A stretch of 64,000 bases of DNA, from the NCBI GenBank assembly GCA_047495785.1, contig JBLDXI010000004.1:2046001-2110000 (forward strand), read 5' to 3'. Source of the stretch: Lepidodermella squamata. Taxonomy: Eukaryota > Animalia > Gastrotricha. Shown in pieces: positions 1 through 12,281 of this stretch (position 1 is its first letter; each line of letters starts with the position of its first letter). Under the pieces are notes generated by a model. It searched no databases, had not been told where the DNA came from, and was given only the letters and a program-made list of their open reading frames with translations. Position numbers and translations under genes: made by a program.

Positions 1-749
1 TTCCCGCCGTGAAAGGGTTAAAAATACCGGATTGAAAAGACTGTACAGAAGAGTACCGCATTTCCGCATTTCTTTAGGAACCTTCAGACCGGGCAAACCG
101 ATTCAGCCGACCTGTAGAAAAAGGAACCACAGTGAATGCTATAACTTACCTGATTTGATCTTGTAATTTTGATTTCATTATTTGTAGACATTTTTTGTAT
201 AGTGTAGTTGTGCTTTTCTGGGCAAATGGTGCGCAAACGAAATAAATGTCGGCTGTTGTCGCTCGGGTGGCACACAAAAAAGTGGCACGCGACTTGATTT
301 TTTGCTTTTTTCCATCAAGTGAATCTCGAGCGATTAAGCTGTCTGAGTTACTGTTTAACCGGCTCCCACGCGTATTTAACTTGCCGTAAATCTGTCAACT
401 GAACCTACGTGCCGCTCGGATCTGGCTTCTATTCCGCCTCTGACGCAGCGTGCTTGGTTACGTTCAGGCAGAACGTCTGCATGGGCACCTACGGCTGAAT
501 CTGTCCGCTCAATTTTTCGCGAAACATTATCAGAGCCTTAACTCCATTTTTTGACACTTTGGCTTCGAGCAATTCATGGGAGTTCGGGGCAAGCCTTCTT
601 AGCTCCTGGTTTAGACACTCAATCAAATCTATCGATATTGTGGGGGGGGGGGGAGGGCCTTATCGGCTGGGTAGGCCATTAACAGCCCCAAAGACCTTTT
701 CGTGTCATAAATGAGGCGTATAAACTTTTTGTTGTTCGATTTTTAGTGT

Positions 750-888
750 CGCGTTCGTCATCTACTTCGCGTGTCACGTGCCACTGACCGTGCATTTCGT
801 GCTGCAGCTGTTCTACCGCGAATTCGGGCCTAAGTACGCGACTGGGGCGTTCTTGTCGACAGTCACAGTGTCGACGAGGCGAGGCTGA
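750..888 (+). pseudogene. Truncated remnant of the GPCR gene (TM6 region joined to the last codons)
   Basis: Matches 43290-43395 (FVxYFACHxPLTVHFVLQLFYRE) then jumps to ACAGTGTCGACGAGGCGAGGCTGA of 43568-43591; no 5' part is seen upstream. Confidence 0.85.
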
Positions 889-1493
889 TGAAAGCGTTGA
901 ATGCAACCGCACCACAGTGTGTGACTGAATTTGTGATCAGTGAATCACCCTACTCTTGTATCAAATGCGTGGGCAAAAATTGATCAATCAACAAACCAGC
1001 CTGATCTAATAAGTCATTAAGGCTCAAATACGTGATTTCTAACTTTTCTTTTTGCTCGTTGATGCTATTAAAACCAGGCTCTGTGCATGACGACTCTGTT
1101 TTCAATGTACGTGATTCCATATTCTTGGCTGAGCTAAGAATAATTTCAGCTAATTTCCGCGTGCTTCCATGCAAGGAAATTAACATTCAATGAAGAAAAC
1201 CGGAAATAACTCGGCGCAAGGTATTTCGATAATTTTGTTATTCCACCCGGTTTGATTTTCTACACAAGAAAACTACCAATCGATAGCGACATTGAGCTGG
1301 TGAATGGTTGTAGTCGATCGATTGCTAAAGTAAGCAAAGACAGCGGCGTCTAGTGGGCTGGCGTTAATTATTAATCGAAACTCTCCAAAGTGATTGCTTT
1401 GCAACGCATACTACACTTGGCGCCACTACGTAAGATGAAGTGATGGCAGGGGGCAGGGCAATTTTTTATACATACTGCTGATTAGAGTTAGCA

Positions 1494-3085
1494 ATGCCTT
1501 CAAAATGGTCGCTCTTGCGCCTTGTCTTCCTCAGTGCTGTCTTTCTCGAGCCATCGATGGCCCAGGATGAAGAGGCGAATATGCCGATGCTGAACAAGTA
1601 TTTGCCCCCAGGCGAGGCGTTTAAGCAGTCAATCACCGAACGCTGCAATTTGAAGACGAAAACGCGGCCATGCAGAGATTTCGATGAAGTTACAAATGTG
1701 ACAGTCGAATCTTTTCCATACCGTTTCAGTGGAATTTCCGACAAAGAGCAATCGTAAACAAAATTCTGCCTCGCAATAATACAAATTGAGCCATTTTTTC
1801 CTCACTTTAGGTATTCAATGATGATTGAGCTGGATTTCACGTGGCAACACCCGTGTGCTCAGTGGAGCGAGAGCGATACGAAGCTCAAATCGTTCGAGTT
1901 GATAGCAGTAGATTGCTGGTTCCCCAAAATTCAGCATATCAACGCAAATGACGATATTTCCAAGCTAACTACGTACATTTCAAAGTAGCTCGTATCGTCC
2001 TATACAATTTTAAAGACCCGAGAGAAGAGAGTTGTTTCAAGGGGATTTCAGCTGCTAAATTCCCTCACTTTCTTTATAAGCTGAAAAGTTGACAATTGAC
2101 AACGATGAATCCGGTGTTTTTAGCTGAGAGCGAAATTGTGAGTAATTGTGGGTATCCAAGGACCCCCAGGAATATCCCTCATTCTAGTTGCCAGTTTTCT
2201 TGTTCACCCTTTGCGAAATCCTTGAATCATTGAAATTCTAATCAAAACTTTTTCTGCAGCACAATGGAGGCAAACAGCAAAATATACGTATGGCGCGAAG
2301 GGCTGATGCTGCTGCCCGTGGTTTCAGAGATCAATTCGTTTTGTCCGCTCAAGTCAGTTGCCTATTTCTCTACGGGTATCTAATTTTTACAATTTCCCAC
2401 ATTTTCCAGGCTGGCCAATTTCCCGTTCGATACCCAGAAGTGTCGCGTTGAGGTTGAGTCGTGGTTCGCATCGACTGAAGTTCGCCTGCAACTGCCGGAG
2501 AACCAGACGAGCATTGACCACAGAATAGGCGATAATTTCATTTCGGAAAATGACATATGGGAGCTAGCAGGAACAACCGCGATCGTTATTGCCAATACAT
2601 ATCCAGGCGATACGACAGGTAACCAGTACTACCGCGTGATTTTCGAGTTCGCGTACCGGCGCAAATCGGCGTCGTACATCATGAACATTTTCCTGCCGAG
2701 CTTCGCGCTCCTCTCGCTGATGCTCTCCGTGTGGGTGATGCCGCCCGAGCACCCGGACCGCCCCGGCTTCTGCATGACCGTCGTGCTCGCCTACACCGTC
2801 CTGCTGTCCATTGTCTCGGACTCGCTGCCGAAAACCAGCGAGCTCAGCTACACGCTCATCTTCATGGGCGCGCAGATGGTCATCGGCTGCGTGTGCACAA
2901 TCTACGCTTTGTTGACATGCCAACTGGCGCATATTCCAATATTCAAGAAACGCAATGTTACACTATTTCGGAGAGTGCAACTGACCCTGATTCGAGTGAT
3001 AGACCTGGCTTTCTTTTGTATACTGCTTGTAACAAGCATAACCATGGATAGCGTTATTTTCAGTCGAATGATGTCTCAATCGTAG
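1494..3085 (+). CDS. Cys-loop (pentameric) ligand-gated ion channel subunit, nAChR-like non-alpha, ~396 aa; exons 1494-1753, 1811-1972, 2260-2352, 2410-3085
   Basis: Signal peptide, WFPKI (loop A WxP), spliced Cys-loop CPLKLANFPFDTQKC (C-x13-C), four TM helices, PKTS M2-M3 loop; GT-AG introns keep frame. Confidence 0.92.
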
Positions 3086-3279
3086 AAAACCTTTTAATAA
3101 AGACGAAACAATGAAGTGACCGTTCAACTATCATTTGCCCTTATCTGCGAAAAATATCATGTTTCTAACCCCTTTTAAAAACGTCGAAGGTTACCCTCTG
3201 CTCTCTGTTAACACTTATCCTGTCTTTGCGTGCGCGTGGGGATAACAAGCTGTATAATCATTGGATTTGGAATGTATCC

Positions 3280-3580
3280 GCTATCACAAGTCCGTCTTTA
3301 TCGGCCATAGTTAGCTGAGACAATGACGTAAAACAGCTCACGTGCCGCTTCTATCTACCTTTTTCGGAAGAAGTTCACGCAATAATGACCTCCTATTCGG
3401 CGTCACGTGATTTGGACAGCCAGTACAGCCAATATATAACCGGACTGTGTAAACTTTGAATTAGAGTGAGACAAAAAAGCGACTCATTTGATAAGACAGC
3501 TGCAGGCGATAAGACGAAAAAAGCCCGATAGCTATTCTCATCCTCGCTTTATCAGTCGCCAGCTTTTCACAAAACCAGTA
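3280..3580 (+). promoter_or_regulatory. Putative ABCC promoter/5' UTR conserved between duplicates
   Basis: Near-identical to ~45940-46250; contains TGACGTAA, two CACGTG, CCAAT followed by TATATAA, and GATAAG motifs. Confidence 0.55.
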
Positions 3581-6500
3581 ATGTCAAATGAATTTTGCAA
3601 GTCTGAATTTTGGGTAAGTTTCACGGCTCGTCATTGAAAAATGTGTAAAATCCCACTTATTACAGGACGTTGATCTAACATGGAACACAGATTTCCCGGA
3701 TTTCACGCCATGCTTCGAGAATACAGTGCTCATCATGGCGCCGTGCGTGATTTTGGCCCTGACAGCGCCCATCTACCTGCTGTACATTTTCAAGTGTCCG
3801 ATGAAGCGGTCAGACCCGCTGCCGCTGACTAGACTCGGCGCAATCAAATCAATTCTATCGATGGCACTTACCTTCTTCGCCGCAATGAACTTTTTCAGAA
3901 CTGTGAGTGAAGAAGTTTCAGGCCTTGAGCCTGAGCTGTCTTACTATTTCGGACCTCTAATTCAAGCTCTAACTTTCATTTGGACGATAATACTGATGCA
4001 TTTGGAGCGGGAGGCCGGTGTCATCAATTCAGCGCCTCTGTTCCTATTCTGGGGCGTTTTGTCGATTTTGGGTATTGCCCAACTCCTAACTTATGGCCAA
4101 TCGCCGGGCGAGAATGATTCATACAGAGTCGTAGTATTCAGCATCTACTACGCCATACTGGTCATTCAACTCGTGCTTTCGTGCCTGATCGAGGCGTTGC
4201 CAAAACGCTTGAGGGACGACATGAAAATCTCACCCGAAGCCAGGGCCAGTTTCTTGTCTTACCTCTCTTTCCACTGGGTCACGTCGCTGTGTTGGCTTGG
4301 CTTCAAAAAATCCCTCGTGCATTCAGATCTACCGAAACTGCATCCTCGGGACGTTTGCAACAACGTCGTGCCTCAACTCGAGCGGCATTGGTACGAAGAG
4401 CTGGAGAAGCGTAAGAAATTCCGCTCGGTCCTACTCGATCAGCCGGCTCGCAACGAAAAGGACAGCCTTGTTTCATCACAACAAGCTAAAAAGTCGTATC
4501 AATCCGCTGCCGCCGATCAACAAACTGTGACGATATCAATTACAGGCAAGGAATACGAGCCGTCCATTGTGAAAGCCCTTGCGAAGACCTACTGGCCGCG
4601 AATCATTCTGTCGAATTTGGGCCGGTTGATCTTCGACCTGTGCAACTTCATGGGCCCAGTGACGCTGCAGTGGATGATCAGCTACACGAAGGACACGAAT
4701 GAGCCGAACTGGCACGGCTACATCTACGCTATTGCCATTTTTCTCACCAGCATCACTGGGTCGTTCTCGTTCAACCAATTTTTCCATCTCATGATGGTTA
4801 CCGCTAGTCACATCAAGTCATCAATGCTGACTCTAATCTACAAAAAGGCGTTGACGATGAGCAACGAAGCTAGGCGGCAATCGACTGTAGGCGAGGTTGT
4901 TAACCTAATGGCAGTAGATACCGAGAGAATCTTGAACTGCCTACCCTTCACCTGGGTAATCTGGTCAGCGCCACTCCAGATCACAATTGCCATGGCTATG
5001 CTGTGGAACACGGTTGGAAGCTCGGCGTTAGCTGGGCTCATCGTCCTGGTGTGCCTAATCCTGATAAATATCGTCGTTTCAACGCTGATCAAGCGACAAC
5101 AGGCGAAGCAGATGGTGTTCAAGGACAGGCGGCTGCGTCTCATGACCGAAATTCTCATGGGCATCAAAGTGTTGAAGCTGTATGCGTGGGAGAACTCATT
5201 CGTTGACCGCATCAAGTCATTCCGCGAGGAAGAACTCATCCTGTTGCGACGATCGGCCTACCTGAACGGAGTCTCGCAATTCACGTGGGTCTGCGCTCCT
5301 TACATGGTGTTGGTCGCCACGTTCACAACGTATACGCTAACCTCACCGGACCCGTTAACTCCAGAAAAAGCTTTCGTTGCTCTGTCCCTTTTCAATCTGC
5401 TGAGGGGACCGCTTGATATTCTTGCGATGGTCATTTCGCAACTCGCTCAGGCCTCTGTCGCGATTCGTCGACTCGGAAAATTCCTTCGCAGCACTGATTT
5501 AGACCCGGAAGTTGTCGATCGTATCAAGGACATGTCCAACGACGCGACTGCGATTGAAGTCAGCCGAGGTAAGTTCGCGTGGAACTTCAACGACAACGCT
5601 GTTCTGTCGAATGTCAACTTCAAAATCGGGCGCGGCAAACTGGTTGCGGTTGTCGGACCAGTCGGCTGTGGCAAGTCGTCCCTCCTCGCAGCTATTTTGG
5701 GCGAACTCGAAAAGGCAGCTGGCAAGGTTTCTGTCCGAGGCTCGACAGCCTACGTCGCGCAGCAAGCCTGGATCCAAAATGCAACTATTCGGAATAACAT
5801 TCTATTCGGCAGTGAATTCGAGAAGAACCGCTACGACCAAGTTATCGAGGCGTGTGCGATGAACCCTGACCTTCAGATCCTGGACGATGGGGATGCGACT
5901 GAAATCGGCGAGAAGGGCATCAATCTCTCCGGTGGGCAGAAGCAGCGAGTGTCGTTGGCTAGGGCTGTCTACGCGGATCGGGACATCTACCTGCTAGACG
6001 ACCCGCTCTCGGCAGTCGATGCTCATGTTGGCAAGCACATTTTCGACAATATCGTCGGGCCGAATGGGATGTTGCGCAACAAAACGCGAGTTCTGGTCAC
6101 GCACGGCCTGCAGTGGCTGCCGCGGTGCGATGAGATCATCGTCATGCAGAATGGCACCATTTCGAACATTGGCTCCTTCCGGGACTTGATAGCAACTGAT
6201 GCGACATTTGCTGCGCTGATCAAAGAGCATTTGGCTGAGGCTGGTGGAGCGGAGGCGCTGGCGGAAGTTGAGCTGCCTCAACAAGCGCTGGAACTACTGC
6301 GACAAATTAGCAATGAAGATAGTAAGAAACAGCCAGCTGAGGAGGCTAAATCATTGACGGCCTCAGCTAATTTAACGTCTTCGATCAGATCTCGAAAGGC
6401 TAGCAAAGCTGCTGAGATTAAGAAGCCTTCGATCAAAGGCCCGCCTCCGCCGACGAAATTGATCGCCGATGAGAAGCAACTGACAGGCGGGGTTAAAATC

Positions 6501-8321
6501 GCTGTTTACTGGTCGTTTTTCAAGGCGCTGAACCTGGTGTTCTTCGCCTGCTGGGTCGGTTTCTTCCTCGGCAGTCAGGGCTTTTCAACTTTCGGCAGCA
6601 TTTGGCTGACAACTTGGACTTCGGACCCGCTCCTAAACAATGCAACGCTAGCTAATACAACCGAGTACATGGATAAATCGAACATGTACTTGGGCGTGTA
6701 TGGTGCTGCTGCAGCCGGCCAGGCGTTTTGCATCCTCATGCAGTCGCTGTTTTTCGCAACTTCGTCAACCAAAGCAGCGAGAACTATGCACCAGGCCATG
6801 TTGGTTCGCGTCATGCGATGCGCGACCGCCTTTTTCGATACAACCCCCATCGGCCGCATCCTAACGCGATTCGGTCGAGATACGGACGTGGTTGATAATT
6901 CGATTCCCCAAGTCATGCGATCTTGGATGACATCCCTCGTAAGTTGATTTCAAATTCGAAAATCATATTTAAATCATTTTTACTTTCAGTTTCAAATCCT
7001 GATGTCGATTTTCATTGTGATCTACGGCTTCCCGCTGTTCGCCATCGCAGCTGTGGTCATGGGCGCTTTCTACTACTTCGTGCAGCGGTTCTACATCCCG
7101 ACAACGCGGCAGCTGAAGCGCATCGAATCCGTGACTCGAGCCCCGATCTACAACTACCTGGCCGAGACAGTCACCGGCGCAGCGACTATTCGAGCTTTCA
7201 ACGCCCAGGGCCGATTTCAGGACGAACTGACGAAGCGCATCGACACGAATCAAATGAGCTACCTGCCGAGTTCTTCTTGCAACCGCTGGCTGGCGATTCG
7301 GTTGCAACTCATCGGAAATCTGACGGTTTTCGCCGTATCGATGCTTGCGATTTTCTACCGAAGCACGACAAACAGCTCGATAGTCGGTCTAGTTCTGTCC
7401 TCGTCACTGCAGGTCACCAATTCCCTGACGATGTTTGTTAGGCTATCCTCCGACTTGGAAGCGAATATCGTTTCGGTTGAGCGAGTTCAAGAGTACGCCG
7501 TTCTGCCCAGTGAAGCTGACTGGGAAGTGCCGGAGAGGTCGCAAGGCCGAGATTGGCCTAAATCTGGACGAATCGCCTTCGAAAAGTACGAAACCCGCTA
7601 CAGGCCCGGGTTAAAGCTGGTCCTCAACGGCATTTCGTGCGACATTAAGCCCGGCGAGAAGGTGGGCATTGTCGGCCGAACTGGGGCTGGCAAATCGTCG
7701 CTGACCCTAGCGTTATTCCGGTTGATTGAGGCAGCAGGCGGGCGTATTCTGATCGATGGCGTTGATATCGCACAGTTGGGGCTGCATCAACTGCGGTCGC
7801 GACTGACGATTCTACCCCAGGATCCTGTTGTGTTCTCGGGCACGATCCGCCACAACCTAGACCCGTTCGACCGGCACAGCGATGCGACGCTGTGGGAGGC
7901 GCTCGACCACGCCGGCCTCAAAGATTTCGTCGCCGGTTGCGAGAAGGGCCTGTCGCACGAGTGCGGCGAGAACGGTGAGTCGTTGTCTGTCGGCCAGCGG
8001 CAGTTGCTGTGCCTTGCGAGAGCGTTGCTTAACAAGACGAAGGTGCTGGTGCTCGATGAAGCGACGGCGGCGGTGGACGTGGAGACGGACGAGCACATCA
8101 TGAGCACGATCCGGCGCGAGTTCGCCGACTGCACGGTGCTGACGATCGCGCACCGCCTGCACACCGTCATGGACTCGGACCGCATCCTCGTGCTGGACCA
8201 GGGCCGTGTCGTCGAATTCGACTCGCCCGCTGCCTTGCTCGCCAATCCAGACTCTGTGTTCGCTGGCATGGCTCGATCGGCGAAAGCTCGGCCAGGTGGT
8301 GGTGATGAACTTGAAGGTTGA
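3581..8321 (+). CDS. ABCC1-like: ABCC/MRP1-like long-form ABC transporter, ~1545 aa; exons 3581-3613, 3666-6938, 6990-8321
   Basis: MRP1-type N-terminus (FC..FWD...TWNT.PDFT.CF.NTVL), TMD0, NBD1 GPVGCGKSS/LSGGQ/LLDD, NBD2 GRTGAGKSS/LSVGQ/VLDE; two ~50-bp GT-AG introns. Confidence 0.96.
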
Positions 8322-8837
8322 TTCAACACTGAGCTGTGATCAATAGTATGTATATTTGAGATTCCAATAAACGCCATTTTTCCATTGATTCTCAATGAAT
8401 AAGCGCTTGGTATTGCATTTAAAGCGAAAAATGCGAAAATGAATTTTTGATAATATGATGTACTTTCATACCAGTTTTTACTTGTCAGTTGCGTCAATTC
8501 AACTATACTCATCATTTAGATATTTTCAAGTGAAAAACTGATGATGGTCACAAAACTAAGAAAGTAGCAAGTCTTGATGAATCATTTCGCACACATAAAA
8601 CTACTCCAGTCAGATTGGTCTTTTTTATTTATCTAGGCCATTTTATAGTTTGTGTTGGTAAGCAGAGTATAAGTCCCAGTTTTGTGACGATACGAGTTAG
8701 ATTTATTTTCAAATTCACAGTTATTTATAGTGACAATTGTTTGGTAAACAATAATGATTAATGACAAGCTATCGATAATGAGCGTCGATGCGGTTTTGAG
8801 AATAATATATTAATATTTAACAATTAAATATCGATCA

Positions 8838-11800
8838 CTTTTCACTTTTTCATTTTGATTCACTTTTCACTTTTTCATTTTGATTTACACATCAATTTTA
8901 TCGTGTTTTTCACGTGTTTTATCGCGTGCCTAAAATGGTGCTCGAAAAAAAAGATCTCAGCGAAATCAACAAAACTGTTGAGGCTGCTATCGATAAAGCC
9001 TTCGGTCCAATAATGACCAGGCTGGACCAGCTGCTTTCCCGCGTCGAGTTTCTAGAATCGAAAATCGAAAAACAAGGCGAGGTTATTCGTAATCAAGAAA
9101 AAAGGCTTTATCAACTCGAGATTCGACTCAACGAAGCTGATGAACACCGCTATCGCAATACGGTCATCTTGCACAACGTCGAGCCGGTGGCTGGAGAAAC
9201 GGCTACTGTTTTGGCCCAGCAGATCGAGGCTAAGTTTCCCGACCTGGCTGGTACCGAATACGATTGTTACCGTTTTTCGAAAAAGTCGCCGAAACTGGTC
9301 AAGGTTGTTGTCAGGGGCCAACAAGCGGAGCAGGTGGTTCGGAAAGTGCTGGCTGGTGGGTCGGCCAAAAAGTTTCAGACGGCCTTCAGGCGTAAGGTTA
9401 ACAGGGCTCTCACGGCTAAAATCCAGGCTCTTGAGGCTCTTCGTCGTGACAACGGCGAATGTAAGCTGAGTTTCAGAATTCGGCAAAATGGGTACCGGCT
9501 CGACACCGATGATCACGGCTCGTTTATGTACGACGGCAAAAACGACCGATTTTCCTCGCTCGAGAGCATACAAGCTTCCGACAACATCACAACATCTCGT
9601 CGCACACAACAGCCGCCACCGGCGTAGGAACCTGCAGGACTAACCCTGAACCCGTCTGTTCTTTTTCAACTATTTTTTTTTACTGTTTACAGTCTTAACT
9701 GTCGGAGCGTTGCCAAGCATAATTTAGCAGCTTTAACAGCCTTTTTATTAACATGCAACTATGACATAATCTGTTTGTGCGAAACCTGGCTTCACCCAGG
9801 CATCCCTGATGCTATGCTCGAAATAGGTGATTATCGCGTTGCGGTCCGTCGTGATAGACCGTCTCGCGCTGGTGGGGTTTGTATTCTCGTCAACAAAAAG
9901 ATCAAATTTTATAAAATTGACCATGTTGATAACTGCTCTGAAATTGTTGCCATTAATGTTATCTCGTCATTTCAAATTGCCTGTTTGTATCGTCCTCCGT
10001 ATAATGACGTGCCATATCTAAATCGCTTAATCAAATGTATAGATAAGCTGTGTGAATCTACTACGTCTCCGATTCTGCTTGTGGGTGACTTTAATTTTTC
10101 TGAGATTGATTGGAAAAACGTTGCTTCGTATGAATTTAGTAATATTCATGAAACTCTTGAAGACTCATTTATGTCGTGTTGCTTGAGAAATTCACTGTTG
10201 ATGTTGTGTGCTTATCTGATCTCGAAAAAGCCGAGGCACTGAATGAGCAATTTTCGTCGGTGTTCACTATTGATAACCAGTCTCTACCTTCAAGTATTAA
10301 TAATATTGTCAAAGCTAACTTTCATCTCTCTTCCGTCGAAATCAATGAAGAAATCGTTTTAAATACTCTACTCAACCTCTCCGATTCGTACGCCGTCTGT
10401 CCGGATGGTCTTCCGACTATCTTTTTCAAAAAAATAGCTCGTTCTCTATGTAAACCGCTGGCACATGTCTTCAAATCGTCTCTAAGTCTCGGTACCTTGC
10501 CGGATATTTGGAAGATTGCCTCTGTCACGCCAATAGCTAAAAAACCTAATTCTAAAAAACCTATTGATTATCGCCCTATCTCTCTCACCTCCGCTGCTTG
10601 TCGTACCCTTGAAAAAATAGTTAAAAATGCAATTCTAGATTTTTTACTAGCTAACTCTATTATCACTTCTGAACAACACGGTTTTCTTCTACGTAGATCT
10701 ACTGCTTCACAAATGCTAGAATGCACCCACGACTGGTTCTTTGCCTTGGAATGCGGCGAGTTTGTCGATATTTTATACATAGACTTTGCCAAAGCTTTTG
10801 ATACCGTTTGCCATTCCAAACTTCTTAAAAAACTAGCTCAAATAGGTATACAGGGTGATCTTTTGAATTGGATATCCTCTTATCTCTCTAACCGTTCACA
10901 ATTTGTTGTAGTTAATAATTCCTCAAGCTCACACTCGCCGGTTACCAGTGGGGTTCCTCAAGGTTCCGTCCTTGGCCCCTTGCTCTTCCTCATCTACATT
11001 AATGATATCATCCCTATCTTACCAGCTGGTGTCACAATTAAACTCTTCGCCGATGATTGCAAGCTTTACATTAAATTCTGCTTTAATAATGCTGCTTCTT
11101 TTGTCTCGAGACTATCATTAGCGCTTGATAATATCTTCGCCTGGATAAACGACTGGCAGCTCAGCCTTTCTATTGACAAATGTGGAGTGCTTCACCTAGG
11201 CCGTAACAATCCTCAATTTTCTTATACTCTTGGTTCACATCAACTTTCTATCTGTCACTCGTATAAAGACCTAGGTTTGATTATTGATGAAGATCTCACG
11301 TTCCGCCCTCATTTTAATACTATTGTTACCAAAGCTTATAACTGTGTCAACGCTATTCTTAGAGCCTTTCATGGGCAGTCGCCTTCCGTTCTCACATGGG
11401 CTTATCGAGTCTATTCTAGGCCTCTACTCGAATACCTTCCTTCGATTTGGTCTCCTTACAAAAAAGGCGATATTGAACTCATTGAAAATGTTCAAAAATA
11501 TTTTACTCGCCGTGCTTTAGGCTTCTCTTCGCACGATCTCAACCGCCCTTCTTATAAACAAAGGCTTCTAATTCTCAAACTAGATTCTTTGGAAAAACGT
11601 CGCATTCTTCTAGATCTCGCCCTTTTATACAAAGTTTACTACAAAGCTATCGACTCGTCAATATCCTTTTATATCGAGCCTCTTGAGACAATATCTCGCG
11701 GTCATACTCATCGCCTTAGATATCGACGACCTGATGGTCGATACCGCAATGCTACCTCTCCTCTTTTTGCCAACTATTTTTTAAATCGTGTTTTACCCAT

Positions 11801-12140
11801 TTGGAATGAATTGCCTGCCTATGTGTTTCCGTCCACGGACAATTTCGATTCCAATCTTAAATTTTTTAAATCAAAAATATGTAAACTTGACTTTTCTAAA
11901 CACTGCACTCTCGACAACTAAATTTAAATACATTTTCTACCTAATTTCTCTATGATTTTGATATATGTTGACTCTCCTCTTGACTGTTCTATACGCTATC
12001 ATATTGATTACTATACGGTTCAGAGTTAGTGGCCTGCGGGTCCTTCTGTATCCTCGAATCTTTTTTACTGCTTAATTCCCCTGATGAATTTATTTTTCGA
12101 AATAAAATAATAAAAAAAAATAATAATAAAATAATAATAA
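8838..12140 (+). mobile_element. CR1-clade LINE inserted into the copia 3' LTR (ORF1 ~8935-9627; APE ~9680-10190; RT to 11921)
   Basis: Coiled-coil ORF1; APE motifs CETWL, GGV, YRPP, GDFN; RT motifs YRPISLT, DFAKAFD, GVPQGSVLGP, FADD, SRGH; (TAA)n tail. The APE end jumps out of frame to EKAEALNEQFSSVFT, indicating an internal deletion. The LTR resumes after the tail. Confidence 0.93.
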
Positions 12141-12281
12141 TCAAGTATTTATATCGAATAATAACCTAATCAACTTTCAACACTCCTCCTATTGGGTTAT
12201 TATAATCAGAATTATTTGGACAATAGTCAAGTCATCAATTGAGTACAAGTACTTTACAAAAAATCAGATTTAGGTGCAATC

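Noticed and set aside
1-21. AGGG|TTAA, a possible piggyBac end
   Set aside because: The partner terminus lies outside the window, so it cannot be supported.
4181-8515. Many overlapping and antisense ORFs in the ABCC genes (also 46860-50981)
   Set aside because: Shadow frames of a GC-rich CDS; their boundaries differ between the two copies.
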